Positions 10,145 through 21,400 of a DNA stretch of 64,000 nt are shown piece by piece; the first letter of the stretch is position 1, and the number at the start of each line of letters is the position of its first letter. Below the pieces are notes generated by a model. The model searched no databases. It saw only the letters and a list, made by a program, of their open reading frames with translations, and was not told where the DNA came from. A program made the translations under genes and the position numbers. Location: assembly GCA_964500895.1 (NCBI GenBank), contig CAZCQP010000002.1, forward strand, positions 1,812-65,811, given 5' to 3'. The stretch is from an uncultured Eubacteriales bacterium. Its GTDB lineage: Bacteria; Bacillota; Clostridia; Lachnospirales; JAISER01.

Positions 10145-10191
10145 ACACTATATGTTGACAAATAGAATTAACGTGCTACAATATATAGTGT
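10145..10191 (+). promoter_or_regulatory. Tandem NrdR boxes upstream of nrdJ
   Basis: acactatatgttgaca (10145-10160) and ctacaatatatagtgt (10176-10191) both resemble the 16-bp NrdR palindrome acaCwAtATaTwGtgt. They are spaced 31 bp apart, about three helical turns. Confidence 0.7.
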
Positions 10192-10237
10192 TTTTAACAA
10201 AAGCAATTCATGGATGCATGAATTTGGAGGGAACCAC

Positions 10238-13177
10238 ATGGAACTGGATAGAAAACTGATTCGGCATTTTACCAAAGCATTGGACGACAACAAAAGCCTG
10301 AATAGTGTGTACGATTTATTTAAATGGAAAAAAGTAGACGTGAAGCTGAAAAACCACGCCACCGGCGAATTGCTCACCAACATGACAGACTTGGAGTTTC
10401 CAGAGCATTACAGCCAAAGCGCCTGTGACATCATTGCCAGCAAATATTTTAGAAAAAAAGGGGTACCCGGCCAGCAAGGCAGCGAACATTCCATGCGCCA
10501 GCTGGTACACCGCATGGTGGATTTTTGGGTGGCTTCCCTTGTGGACGAAGGGTTGATTGCCGAAGATACCCGGCACATTGTGTATGACGAACTGGCGTAC
10601 ATGATGCTGGCCCAAATGTGGGCCCCTAACAGCCCCCAATTTTTCAACACTGGGTTAAAGTCTGCCTACAACATCACCGGCCGCTCCCAGGGGCATTATT
10701 ATTACGATGCCGCCACCGGAGAAGTGCTGGAAACAGAAGATGCCTACACCCGCACCCAGGGTTCTGCGTGCTTCATTATTAGCATCGGGGATTCTTTGCT
10801 GGGTGAAAAATCTTTAACAGACCAATTAACCACAGAAACCCTTTTGTTTAAATACGGTTCCGGGGTGGGCACCAACTGGTCACCCATCCGGGCCAAAAAC
10901 GAGCTGTTGTCCGGCGGGGGTAAATCTTCTGGGCTTTTAAGCTTCTTGAAAGTGTCCGACCGCAACGCCGGGGCCATTAAGTCGGGTGGAACCACACGCC
11001 GGGCGGCCAAAATGAACATTTTAAACTTAGACCACCCGGAAATTATGGACTATATCTTGTGGAAGTCCAACGAAGAAAACAAAGTGGTGGCCTTGGGTAA
11101 AATGGGCTATTCCACAGACATTGACGGGGAAGCCTATGAAACCGTGTCCGGACAGAACGCCAACAACTCTGTGCGGGTGCCTAACCGGTTTATGGACGCT
11201 TTAAACACCCCGGAAAAGGATTGGGAAACCAGAGGGCGGATTGACGCCGCTGCTAACGGCAGCCACAAAGTGGGGGCATTGTGGGACAACATTGCCTATG
11301 CTGCTTGGCGCTGTGGAGACCCAGGCATTCAGTTTGACGACACCATCAACGCCTGGCACACTTGCCCTTCCGGGGAAGACGGCAACACTGGGGCAGCCTA
11401 TAACCGCATTAACGCCAGCAACCCTTGCTCCGAATACATGTTTTTGGACGACACAGCTTGCAACCTGGCCAGCATTAACGTGGTGAAGTTTTACGATGAA
11501 AAAACCGGCGCTTTTGATGTGGATGCTTATTTGCATGTGATTAAAATGTCTCAGCTGGTGCTGGAAGCCACCATTCACATGGGCCAGTTCCCTACCAAAG
11601 ACATTGCCAGAAAGTCTTACATGTTCCGCACCACCGGCTTGGGCCTCACCAACCTGGGCACTTTGTTTATGCTCATGGGTCTGCCTTATGATTCAGACGA
11701 AGCCAGACATACCGCCGCCGCCCTCACAAGCATTATGACGGGTTATTCCTATTATGTGTCGGCATTGATGGCGGAAACAGCAGGGCCGTTCCCTTGCTAC
11801 GAATTGAACAAGACCCACATGGCCAAGGTGATTAAAAACCATGCAAGAGCAGCGGCGTACAACGCCAAAGACACCCGTTTTGAGGACATGCCTTACCAGC
11901 CCATCACCATTGACCACAGTGCCTTGGGTAAGCTGAAGCTGGACAATCTGTCCCAGTGCATCAAGCAGGTGTGGAAGGAAACCATTCAGGCGGGGGAAGC
12001 TTTCGGCTACCGCAACGCCCAGGTTTCTGTACTGGCACCAACAGGCACCATTGCCTTTGCTATGGACTGCGCCACCACTTCCTCCGAGCCGTTCTTTAGC
12101 CACGTGGCTTATAAGAAGCTGGTGGGTGGCGGTTTCATGACCATGGTAAACCCGGCCATTCCCACAGCGTTGGCCAAGCTGGGTTATTCTGCCAAGGAAA
12201 TTGCAGACATTACGGATTACGTGATGCAAGCAGATGAAAACGGCATGGTGATAGACGGCAAAATGGAAGGTGCACCCCATTTAAAAGAAGAACATGTGGC
12301 GGTTTTCGATACCGCCAGCAAATGCGGCACAGGCACACGGTTCATTGCACCGGAAGGCCATGTGAAAATGATGGGTGCTTTAACCCCTCACGTCACCGGA
12401 GCCATCAGCAAAACTGTGAACCTACCGGGCGATGCGACCATTGACGACATTAAAAACATTTACCGTCTCTCTTGGGAGCTGGGGGTTAAGGCCATTGCCC
12501 TGTACCGGGACGGCTGCAAAGCTTGCCAGCCTTTAAGCGCCACCGCCGGGCATAAGCAGGAAAAAGATTTTAACAATTATACGTACCAAGAGCTTTTGAA
12601 CTTTGTGGAAACGGAAAAAGTGGTGTACAAACCGTTGCGGGTGAAACCCAGGGGCATTCGCACCGCCCGGGTGCACGAAGCGGCCATTAACGGCTTAAAG
12701 CTGTACATCACCACCTCCTTTTACGAAGACGGGCGGCTGGGGGAACTGTACGTTTCCTGCGGGCGGCAAGGCTCTTTAACCAAAGGGCTTTTGGACAGCA
12801 TGTCCACCACCATTTCGGAAATGCTGCAATATGGGGTTCCTCCTCAAGACATTGCCCGCATGTACCGTGGCCAGAAATACGAACCCAGCGGCATGGTTAC
12901 TGGGCACCCGTACATTAAGTTTGTAGATTCCATTTCAGACTTGATTAGCAAAATTGTGGACATAGAGCTGGGCAATTACGATTACTGCCAAGTGAAGCCT
13001 GAAGGCTGGGGGGAAGCCCATCCAACCCAAAGCATTCAGGAAGTGATAAAGAAACAGTACACCGCCAGCGACTTCCTTCACGGGGACATTTGCCCCCACT
13101 GCAAAAGCAGTAAAATGGTGAAGAACGGCACCTGCAAGGTGTGTACAGAATGCGGCACCACCACCGGGTGTAGTTAA
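10238..13177 (+). CDS. nrdJ: Adenosylcobalamin-dependent ribonucleotide reductase, class II
   Basis: About 979 aa. Has class II RNR motifs (NPCSEYMFLDDTACNLASIN, TVNLP) and a C-terminal Cys4 ribbon CPHCKS...CKVCTECG. Start placed at the ATG 7 nt after RBS ggaggg. Confidence 0.9.
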   Translation: MELDRKLIRHFTKALDDNKSLNSVYDLFKWKKVDVKLKNHATGELLTNMTDLEFPEHYSQSACDIIASKYFRKKGVPGQQGSEHSMRQLVHRMVDFWVASLVDEGLIAEDTRHIVYDELAYMMLAQMWAPNSPQFFNTGLKSAYNITGRSQGHYYYDAATGEVLETEDAYTRTQGSACFIISIGDSLLGEKSLTDQLTTETLLFKYGSGVGTNWSPIRAKNELLSGGGKSSGLLSFLKVSDRNAGAIKSGGTTRRAAKMNILNLDHPEIMDYILWKSNEENKVVALGKMGYSTDIDGEAYETVSGQNANNSVRVPNRFMDALNTPEKDWETRGRIDAAANGSHKVGALWDNIAYAAWRCGDPGIQFDDTINAWHTCPSGEDGNTGAAYNRINASNPCSEYMFLDDTACNLASINVVKFYDEKTGAFDVDAYLHVIKMSQLVLEATIHMGQFPTKDIARKSYMFRTTGLGLTNLGTLFMLMGLPYDSDEARHTAAALTSIMTGYSYYVSALMAETAGPFPCYELNKTHMAKVIKNHARAAAYNAKDTRFEDMPYQPITIDHSALGKLKLDNLSQCIKQVWKETIQAGEAFGYRNAQVSVLAPTGTIAFAMDCATTSSEPFFSHVAYKKLVGGGFMTMVNPAIPTALAKLGYSAKEIADITDYVMQADENGMVIDGKMEGAPHLKEEHVAVFDTASKCGTGTRFIAPEGHVKMMGALTPHVTGAISKTVNLPGDATIDDIKNIYRLSWELGVKAIALYRDGCKACQPLSATAGHKQEKDFNNYTYQELLNFVETEKVVYKPLRVKPRGIRTARVHEAAINGLKLYITTSFYEDGRLGELYVSCGRQGSLTKGLLDSMSTTISEMLQYGVPPQDIARMYRGQKYEPSGMVTGHPYIKFVDSISDLISKIVDIELGNYDYCQVKPEGWGEAHPTQSIQEVIKKQYTASDFLHGDICPHCKSSKMVKNGTCKVCTECGTTTGCS

Positions 13178-13189
13178 GCAATAAAAAAA

Positions 13190-13230
13190 GCGGGGCACTG
13201 TAGGATTAATTTCTCCTTACAGTGTCCCGC
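13190..13230 (-). terminator. Terminator after tRNA-Trp, also positioned after nrdJ
   Basis: Hairpin gcggggcactgtagg...ccttacagtgtcccgc with a T-run on the minus-strand reading. A second perfect hairpin, cctttcggaaa-tgg-tttccgaaagg, lies at 13246-13270. Confidence 0.6.
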
Positions 13231-13277
13231 TTATAAAAAATAAAACCTTTCGGAAATGGTTTCCGAAAGGTTTGCAA

Positions 13278-13350
13278 CAGGGGCAGTAGGACTTGAACCC
13301 ACGACATCAGGTTTTGGAGACCTGCGTTCTACCAACTGAACTATACCCCT
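13278..13350 (-). tRNA. tRNA-Trp (anticodon CCA)
   Basis: Manual cloverleaf: acceptor AGGGGTA/TGCCCCT, D arm GTTC-AGTTGGTA-GAAC, anticodon stem CAGGT/ACCTG with loop CTCCAAA, T arm GTGGG-TTCAAGT-CCTAC. CCA is not encoded. Confidence 0.9.
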
Positions 13351-13376
13351 AAGCTAAGCTAAGTTCAACAGAGGTA

Positions 13377-13405
13377 ATTCTATACCAAAACGGCTTATAA
13401 GTCAA
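13377..13405 (-). promoter_or_regulatory. Sigma-A type promoter for tRNA-Trp
   Basis: Minus strand reads TTGACT, a 17-nt spacer, then TAGAAT, about 25 nt upstream of the tRNA 5' end. Confidence 0.6.
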
Positions 13406-13664
13406 GGCTAAATTTTTTGAATCTGGATTCATAATAAGGAATGCTGGATTTTCGAGCGAATTTTTTGCCAGCTCAGCACGTTTGCTACACAAACGCCGCA
13501 CCTTTGGTGCGTCCGGCCTTCTTGCCGGTGCATCAAGGCAAATTTTCGCAGGAATACCCTTGAGGTATTTCAAGAAAATTTAACGCAGTATGGCATAAAA
13601 TTGGCCGAAAAGGCGGCGTTTTGTTTATGAAGACAGGTTCTAATCTTTGCAGAACGGACGGAAA

Positions 13665-14174
13665 ATGATGAACACACAGCTTAAGAATCTTTCATTAACG
13701 GCTTTATTTACAGCACTTATAGCCATGGCCACCATGGCCATTTCCATTCCTGTTCCCATCGCCCAGGGCTACATCCATTTGGGGGACGGGGTGATTATAG
13801 CCATCAGCTTTTTCTTTGGCTGGCGCAAAGGGGTTGCTTCTGCTGCTATTGGTTCAGCCTTGGCAGACATTTTAACCGGTTATGCCCACTGGGTACTTTT
13901 CACCTTAATCATTAAAGGGTTAATGGCTTTGCTTGTGGCCAAGCTGTGCCGGGCAGACAAGCCTCTTTTCTGCTTTAGAAACATTTCTACCCTTGTGGCT
14001 GCGGAAGTTGTAATGGTTGTGGGCTATTTTTTAGCGGGCATTGTGCTGACGGGCGCACTGGCTTCCTTGCAAAGCATTCCGGCCAACGGCGTGCAGGCCA
14101 TTGGTGGTATGGTCACATTTAGTGTCATTGCAGCCGCCCTAAAAAAAGCCAATGTGGCAAAATATGTTCAGTAA
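13665..14174 (+). CDS. ECF-transporter S-component-like small membrane protein (substrate unknown)
   Basis: About 170 aa with 5-6 TM helices and the GYIHLGDG motif. The track starts at a TTG (13647); I prefer the ATG at 13665 or 13668. Confidence 0.55.
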   Translation: MMNTQLKNLSLTALFTALIAMATMAISIPVPIAQGYIHLGDGVIIAISFFFGWRKGVASAAIGSALADILTGYAHWVLFTLIIKGLMALLVAKLCRADKPLFCFRNISTLVAAEVVMVVGYFLAGIVLTGALASLQSIPANGVQAIGGMVTFSVIAAALKKANVAKYVQ

Positions 14175-14756
14175 TTACAAAAATAGCGAAACTGCGCAGT
14201 ACACCAGCAACAGCCCCATCACCGTATTTAATATGCGGGCATGAGCAGAAAAGGCTTTGCAAAACACGGCCCCAAAAACCGCCCAGCATAGGGTGGACGT
14301 AAACCCGATAAAAGCAAGCATCAGCGCAAAGCCAATAATTTCTGGCCACCCGTTGAAATGGGGCAATATGTAGGCAGACATAGACGTTACCCCATAAATC
14401 ATAATTTTAGGGTTTAAAAACTGTAACAGCATTCCGCTTATGAAAGAGCTGCCTTTGGCTTCTCCTTCACCAATATGCGCACCGCTTTTAAATGTTTTAT
14501 AGGCCAGAAACAGCATATACAGCGCCCCAGCCCCCTGCATAAAGGGTTTCACCACCGGCAGTAGCGTAAATAAGGAATAGCTGAACAAGGCCACCAAAAG
14601 CATAATCACCGAAAACCCGGCCCATATGCCCAGGTTAAACGGGAAGCTTTTCTTAAAGCCCAGCCGGCTGGCATTGGACATGGACATGATGTTGTTGGGG
14701 CCGGGGGTGTAGGCGGTAATGAACACATACATTAGAAACGAATACCAGTTAAACAT
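14175..14756 (-). CDS. LysE/RhtB-family amino-acid exporter
   Basis: 193 aa. N-terminus FITAYTPGPNNIMSMSNASRLGFKKS is typical of LysE-type translocators. Confidence 0.75.
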   Translation of the reverse strand: MFNWYSFLMYVFITAYTPGPNNIMSMSNASRLGFKKSFPFNLGIWAGFSVIMLLVALFSYSLFTLLPVVKPFMQGAGALYMLFLAYKTFKSGAHIGEGEAKGSSFISGMLLQFLNPKIMIYGVTSMSAYILPHFNGWPEIIGFALMLAFIGFTSTLCWAVFGAVFCKAFSAHARILNTVMGLLLVYCAVSLFL

Positions 14757-14794
14757 TGAGCAACCTCCTATACTTACAGAATGGAGCGATACAT

Positions 14795-15325
14795 ATGGAA
14801 CAAGCAGTCATTCGTTTGGCCACAGCAACCGACATTGATGCCATTGAGGGTTTGTATAACGACTTGGCAGACTTTCACGCTGCCAACACAGACTATACAG
14901 GCTGGAAAAAACATATTTACCCCAATCGATCCACCGCCGAGGAAGCGCTTGCCAAGGGTGCACTGTATGTGGCAGACCGGGCCGGCTGCATTGAGGCCAC
15001 CGTTATTTTAAATAGCTACCAACCAGACGCTTACGCCGCCGCAGACTGGCAGATTCCCGCCGAACCATGGGAAATATTGGTCATCCATACATTGGCCGTA
15101 CATCCATTATACCATAGCAAAGGCCTGGGGAAAAGTTTTTTAGCTTTTGCCGAACAATTAGCCCAGGAGCGTAACATGAAAGCCATTCGCCTGGATACGG
15201 CCATGACCAACAAACCGGCAGCCGCTTTATACGAAAAAATAGGTTATCGATTTGCCGGGCTGGTGGATTTGAACTTGGCTTATAACCCCACACAGTTTCG
15301 GTGCTACGAAAAGGCCATTGGATGA
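14795..15325 (+). CDS. GNAT-family N-acetyltransferase
   Basis: Acetyl-CoA binding motif HPLYHSKGLGKSFL. Start chosen at MEQAVIRLA. Confidence 0.75.
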   Translation: MEQAVIRLATATDIDAIEGLYNDLADFHAANTDYTGWKKHIYPNRSTAEEALAKGALYVADRAGCIEATVILNSYQPDAYAAADWQIPAEPWEILVIHTLAVHPLYHSKGLGKSFLAFAEQLAQERNMKAIRLDTAMTNKPAAALYEKIGYRFAGLVDLNLAYNPTQFRCYEKAIG

Positions 15326-15430
15326 CTTGATGGATACGGGATGGTGTTGTTAGCGGGGCCTTTGGAGAAAGTCAATGAAGAAGGCACGGTTTGCGCTGTT
15401 GGAGTGCGCATGTTGGAATTGTTTTTAGAG

Positions 15431-18400
15431 GGAATCATCGCCCTTCCCTTGCGAGGGACGACTGTTGCCCCGGTTCTTATGTGTCCGCTCCTGTAATATT
15501 TCAATCCACGTCCCCTTGCGGGGGACGACTTTCATTTTAACTCTAATTGATTTATGTTTAAAATTTCAATCCACGTCCCCTTGCGGGGGACGACGGGTTT
15601 TTTGCAAGACAATAAAGTCAAATTGATTATTTAAATCCACGTCCCCTTGCGGGGGACGACGGTACACCTCTTTTCATAAATTTTAAATTCGTAAATTTAA
15701 ATCCACGTCCCCTTGCGGGGGACGACGGCCCCAATTTTATCCGCTGGCATATCCTTTGTTTATTTCAATCCACGTCCCCTTGCGGGGGACGACCCGTGCG
15801 GCTTCCCGTTCATCGTCCGTTTGAGCTTATTTCAATCCACGTCCCCTTGCGGGGGACGACCCCTCGTAGTCCTTGTTGATGACAAAGTCCTGTCCATTTC
15901 AATCCACGTCCCCTTGCGGGGGACGACTTGGTGGCATCAATACCATCACGCACAACAGCGGAATTTCAATCCACGTCCCCTTGCGGGGGACGACCACCCA
16001 CACCGTTGCCCTGGTTTTGCTTGGCTTGCAATTTCAATCCACGTCCCCTTGCGGGGGACGACAACATTTCTTCCATTGTTAGACCGGGAAAACATTATTT
16101 CAATCCACGTCCCCTTGCGGGGGACGACCCATTACGGAGGTACAGCTTTTTGATACAAATAACATTTCAATCCACGTCCCCTTGCGGGGGACGACATGCC
16201 CGTTGACCTGGCCCCGCCGAGGGCAGGGAGTATTTCAATCCACGTCCCCTTGCGGGGGACGACGCAATAAGTCCAAGCAATTGCGCAATGGGTGGAAATT
16301 TCAATCCACGTCCCCTTGCGGGGGACGACATGGCTGTTTTTAACTATTCCAATGATTTTTGCATTTCAATCCACGTCCCCTTGCGGGGGACGACTGGATG
16401 TAATTAACGCTAATGCCAGGTGGGACAGCATTTCAATCCACGTCCCCTTGCGGGGGACGACACTGGGCGCGGACGGCTGGGTGGGGGACTTTTATAATTT
16501 CAATCCACGTCCCCTTGCGGGGGACGACCCAAACAGGCAAGGAAATAACCATAGGCGCAAAGGATTTCAATCCACGTCCCCTTGCGGGGGACGACGGGTG
16601 CGCCCGGCGCAACTAAAATCCACCTATCCCCATTTCAATCCACGTCCCCTTGCGGGGGACGACGTCCTCACTCTTCCACTTTCTGATGCGACTTTCGGAT
16701 TTCAATCCACGTCCCCTTGCGGGGGACGACCCGAGTGTACCAGACCGTCGCCGATGAGGATGATTGATTTCAATCCACGTCCCCTTGCGGGGGACGACTG
16801 TCCTGGAGTTACTGATATCGGCATATCTAGCACATTTCAATCCACGTCCCCTTGCGGGGGACGACAATGTAACCTCTTGCGCTCTTGTACAAATTTTGGT
16901 TATTTCAATCCACGTCCCCTTGCGGGGGACGACATCTTATCCTGCGCTTTGAGCCGTCCTTCAAAAAATTTCAATCCACGTCCCCTTGCGGGGGACGACT
17001 TTTGTTTTGTTGCTACGCTGAACTCGTTCTTCTATTTCAATCCACGTCCCCTTGCGGGGGACGACAGTTTCTATTGGTGATGTATACTACAACCAATCTA
17101 TTTCAATCCACGTCCCCTTGCGGGGGACGACGTCCTCACTCTTCCACTTTCTGATGCGACTTTCGGATTTCAATCCACGTCCCCTTGCGGGGGACGACTA
17201 TGGGGCCTGTCCAATCAGCTGGGGTTTAACGATATTTCAATCCACGTCCCCTTGCGGGGGACGACGACGATGGATGATGACCGTTTGGAACTACTGAAAC
17301 ATTTCAATCCACGTCCCCTTGCGGGGGACGACGGGTCGGATTATACGCTACCGAATGTATTAAACATTTCAATCCACGTCCCCTTGCGGGGGACGACACA
17401 ATAAAATACATACCCTTCCCCTTTGGGCGAATTTCAATCCACGTCCCCTTGCGGGGGACGACGATACGGCGGCCATACAGATGTTCTTTACACGTATATT
17501 TCAATCCACGTCCCCTTGCGGGGGACGACTATTCGTCTGGAGCAAATTCTTCCTGGTCGATATTAATTTCAATCCACGTCCCCTTGCGGGGGACGACCAA
17601 GCAGGGGGATAGCAATAGATACTAAGCTCTTTATTTCAATCCACGTCCCCTTGCGGGGGACGACTGTTCTGTTTATTAATACTCCGTAATTTCAACAATT
17701 TCAATCCACGTCCCCTTGCGGGGGACGACCATTTCAAAAGGGTAAGCTAATGGAGGCGATATTCTATTTCAATCCACGTCCCCTTGCGGGGGACGACACT
17801 ATGCTATCTAAGTATAATCAAAAAAAAACAAGATTTCAATCCACGTCCCCTTGCGGGGGACGACTCTTCGCTCATGTCATTTGATATAAATATTTTTATT
17901 TCAATCCTCGTCCCCTTGCGGGGGACGACTGACGATGCTGCCGTTATACCGGGCGTTATGCTATTTCAATCCACGTCCCCTTGCGGGGGACGACGACCAC
18001 TTCATCTTGTGGCATGACCTTGAGGCCATTTCAATCCACGTCCCCTTGCGGGGGACGACATTAGACGGGCAATGGAGGTACAATCGCCTAGTCAATTTCA
18101 ATCCACGTCCCCTTGCGGGGGACGACCCGGATGGACTTGCTACCGGTTGAGGTCAAAGAATTTCAATCCACGTCCCCTTGCGGGGGACGACGGTAAATCA
18201 TAATGGTCTTCGTCATCTATAATAATTTCAATCCACGTCCCCTTGCGGGGGACGACATTCCTGTGGCAAACTCACTTAACGTCTCAACAGATATTTCAAT
18301 CCACGTCCCCTTGCGGGGGACGACATAAGCTCTACAGCATGGCTAAGTACGCCATCAGCAATTTCAATCCACGTCCCCTTGCGGGGGACGACTTAATGAC

Positions 18401-21400
18401 CAAGGTATCCCTAGGTTAATTGACCTATTTCAATCCACGTCCCCTTGCGGGGGACGACAACGTTTAAGCACTGCATTTCCAAATATAATCCCATTTCAAT
18501 CCACGTCCCCTTGCGGGGGACGACTGTAGGATGGGCTGCGTTTTTAAGCGAAATCAAGATTTCAATCCACGTCCCCTTGCGGGGGACGACTTCAATTTGT
18601 TTTGTTCGGACAATTTGTCAACAGATTTCAATCCACGTCCCCTTGCGGGGGACGACTTTATTCGGGGTATTAAACAAATCAAGCTCATTAGCATTTCAAT
18701 CCACGTCCCCTTGCGGGGGACGACAATGCCATAGCCTTTAATATCGGCCATGGCATTTTATTTCAATCCACGTCCCCTTGCGGGGGACGACGTTTGGGGA
18801 TGCGGTTAAGGGCTTGCATTTGTACGATTTCAATCCACGTCCCCTTGCGGGGGACGACGCCTGATTACATGAAAACGCAGGAGCGACTGAATATTTCAAT
18901 CCACGTCCCCTTGCGGGGGACGACTGAACCGTGGCCAGTACGACAATACCGACCAATATATTTCAATCCACGTCCCCTTGCGGGGGACGACAAATATCGG
19001 CCGAACTGGCGTAAGCAGTTATAATATTTCAATCCACGTCCCCTTGCGGGGGACGACATCGTGCCCCCGAAGCCGGTGCCCAGGTAATTAAAAATTTCAA
19101 TCCACGTCCCCTTGCGGGGGACGACCACTTGCAACCCATGACTGCCAAGCAAAAGCCGGAGATTTCAATCCACGTCCCCTTGCGGGGGACGACTGGCTGT
19201 AACATTGGCATCATTGATGACCCCATTAAATTTCAATCCACGTCCCCTTGCGGGGGACGACACCACTCATAAGCCAATTCAAAAATGCAAGTTGCTATTT
19301 CAATCCACGTCCCCTTGCGGGGGACGACAGTTGCTGGACGAATGATTGATATAATTTCAGATATTTCAATCCACGTCCCCTTGCGGGGGACGACAGTTTG
19401 CGCCGACAATCGTAATATGACCGCCGGGATTTCAATCCACGTCCCCTTGCGGGGGACGACGAAACCGACACCGTATTAACGGCAACCTACGAAAACATTT
19501 CAATCCACGTCCCCTTGCGGGGGACGACACCAGTACAGATTGCCTATGTATCTTGCAGATGGATTTCAATCCACGTCCCCTTGCGGGGGACGACGATAGC
19601 ATAACACAGGTTGACGTTCGCCGAGTAAAATTTCAATCCACGTCCCCTTGCGGGGGACGACCTCTGCCATTTCTCATGTATGGCGTCGCCTTCTGCATTT
19701 CAATCCACGTCCCCTTGCGGGGGACGACCCAATCTGGGCTTTTACGTCAACTTGCCTTTCTTATTTCAATCCACGTCCCCTTGCGGGGGACGACAACGAG
19801 GATAGGCTACATAACAAACACAAACGAGCATTTCAATCCACGTCCCCTTGCGGGGGACGACTGGGTTTAAAATCCTCTCAAGCAAGTTTTTGTTTGATTT
19901 CAATCCACGTCCCCTTGCGGGGGACGACTAACATCGAGATGGCATTAGCAAAAGGTGACAAGATTTCAATCCACGTCCCCTTGCGGGGGACGACCTTTTG
20001 TTCAAAGTAACAACTTTTTGTTTACAAGATTTCAATCCACGTCCCCTTGCGGGGGACGACCTCATTGCTGCTTGTCAACGCAGGGTTGTTAACTATTTCA
20101 ATCCACGTCCCCTTGCGGGGGACGACAGCTTACATAGTAGCGCCTATCACCGGAGAAACTATTATTTCAATCCACGTCCCCTTGCGGGGGACGACGAAAG
20201 CAACCCAAAAGCGCCGGTTACTGTATTCAAATTTCAATCCACGTCCCCTTGCGGGGGACGACCTTGCGCTATTTTGTAATTTAAGCGCTGACTGTTCGAT
20301 TTCAATCCACGTCCCCTTGCGGGGGACGACTGCTTAGTTCGTAGCAATCTTCTCCCAAATCGCTATTTCAATCCACGTCCCCTTGCGGGGGACGACTGGA
20401 GGCGCTTAGCGATAAATATGCCGCACTGCAAATTTCAATCCACGTCCCCTTGCGGGGGACGACAATTCTGGCGCTATCAATGCATTGAACTTTAACGATA
20501 TTTCAATCCACGTCCCCTTGCGGGGGACGACGCCAGCAAGTCGACTACAATATCACGGAACACCTCTAGTCGATTTCAATCCACGTCCCCTTGCGGGGGA
20601 CGACACATAAATACGCTGGGGCTTACCTCCTACATCTGGATTTCAATCCACGTCCCCTTGCGGGGGACGACGACGAAGAACCTCGTCAACCAGCATAGCC
20701 TCTTTATTTCAATCCACGTCCCCTTGCGGGGGACGACAATTACCTGTCCTGCTTATTGTTGGATTTTGAGAATATTTCAATCCACGTCCCCTTGCGGGGG
20801 ACGACTCCACGCCTTTTGCCTGACCGTTTGCTCCATTGATTTCAATCCACGTCCCCTTGCGGGGGACGACCCCTTCATCCCTATAAATGTGCTCATCAAA
20901 AATTATTTCAATCCACGTCCCCTTGCGGGGGACGACAAGGCTTTTATGTTTTACATTCCATTCCCGTCAAATTTCAATCCACGTCCCCTTGCGGGGGACG
21001 ACGTAGTTTTGCCGGTGTTAAAAATTCGATTGGTGCAATTTCAATCCACGTCCCCTTGCGGGGGACGACAAGCCTGTCAAATCTGTGGGGGCGTTTTTCA
21101 AGGTATTTCAATCCACGTCCCCTTGCGGGGGACGACAATGTCGATGTCAAACAAGGCTTTAGTGGTCATGATTTCAATCCACGTCCCCTTGCGGGGGACG
21201 ACAGTATTCTTCGCTTGCTGTTGGCAGGCCCTTAACAATTTCAATCCACGTCCCCTTGCGGGGGACGACACGGTTTTAAATTTATCAAGCGTATCCCTCA
21301 ACAATTTCAATCCACGTCCCCTTGCGGGGGACGACATCTATGGATACACCATCAGATAGTATGGTTTTGCATTTCAATCCACGTCCCCTTGCGGGGGACG

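Noticed and set aside
9960-10237. Possible cobalamin riboswitch in the long region upstream of the B12-dependent RNR.
   Set aside because: I found no B12-box-like core. The region instead carries two NrdR boxes and promoter-like sequence. B12 riboswitches normally control B12-independent isozymes, not nrdJ.
13349-13573. 74-aa minus-strand ORF.
   Set aside because: It begins inside and adjacent to the tRNA-Trp gene and its promoter and runs through the hairpin-rich element. It shows no coding signal.
13560-13664. preQ1 or THF riboswitch directly upstream of the ECF S-component gene.
   Set aside because: The hairpin gttc-taatctttgca-gaac and the A-rich tail do not match the preQ1-I consensus, and there is no THF-like sequence. 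The region is left as an unassigned structured element.
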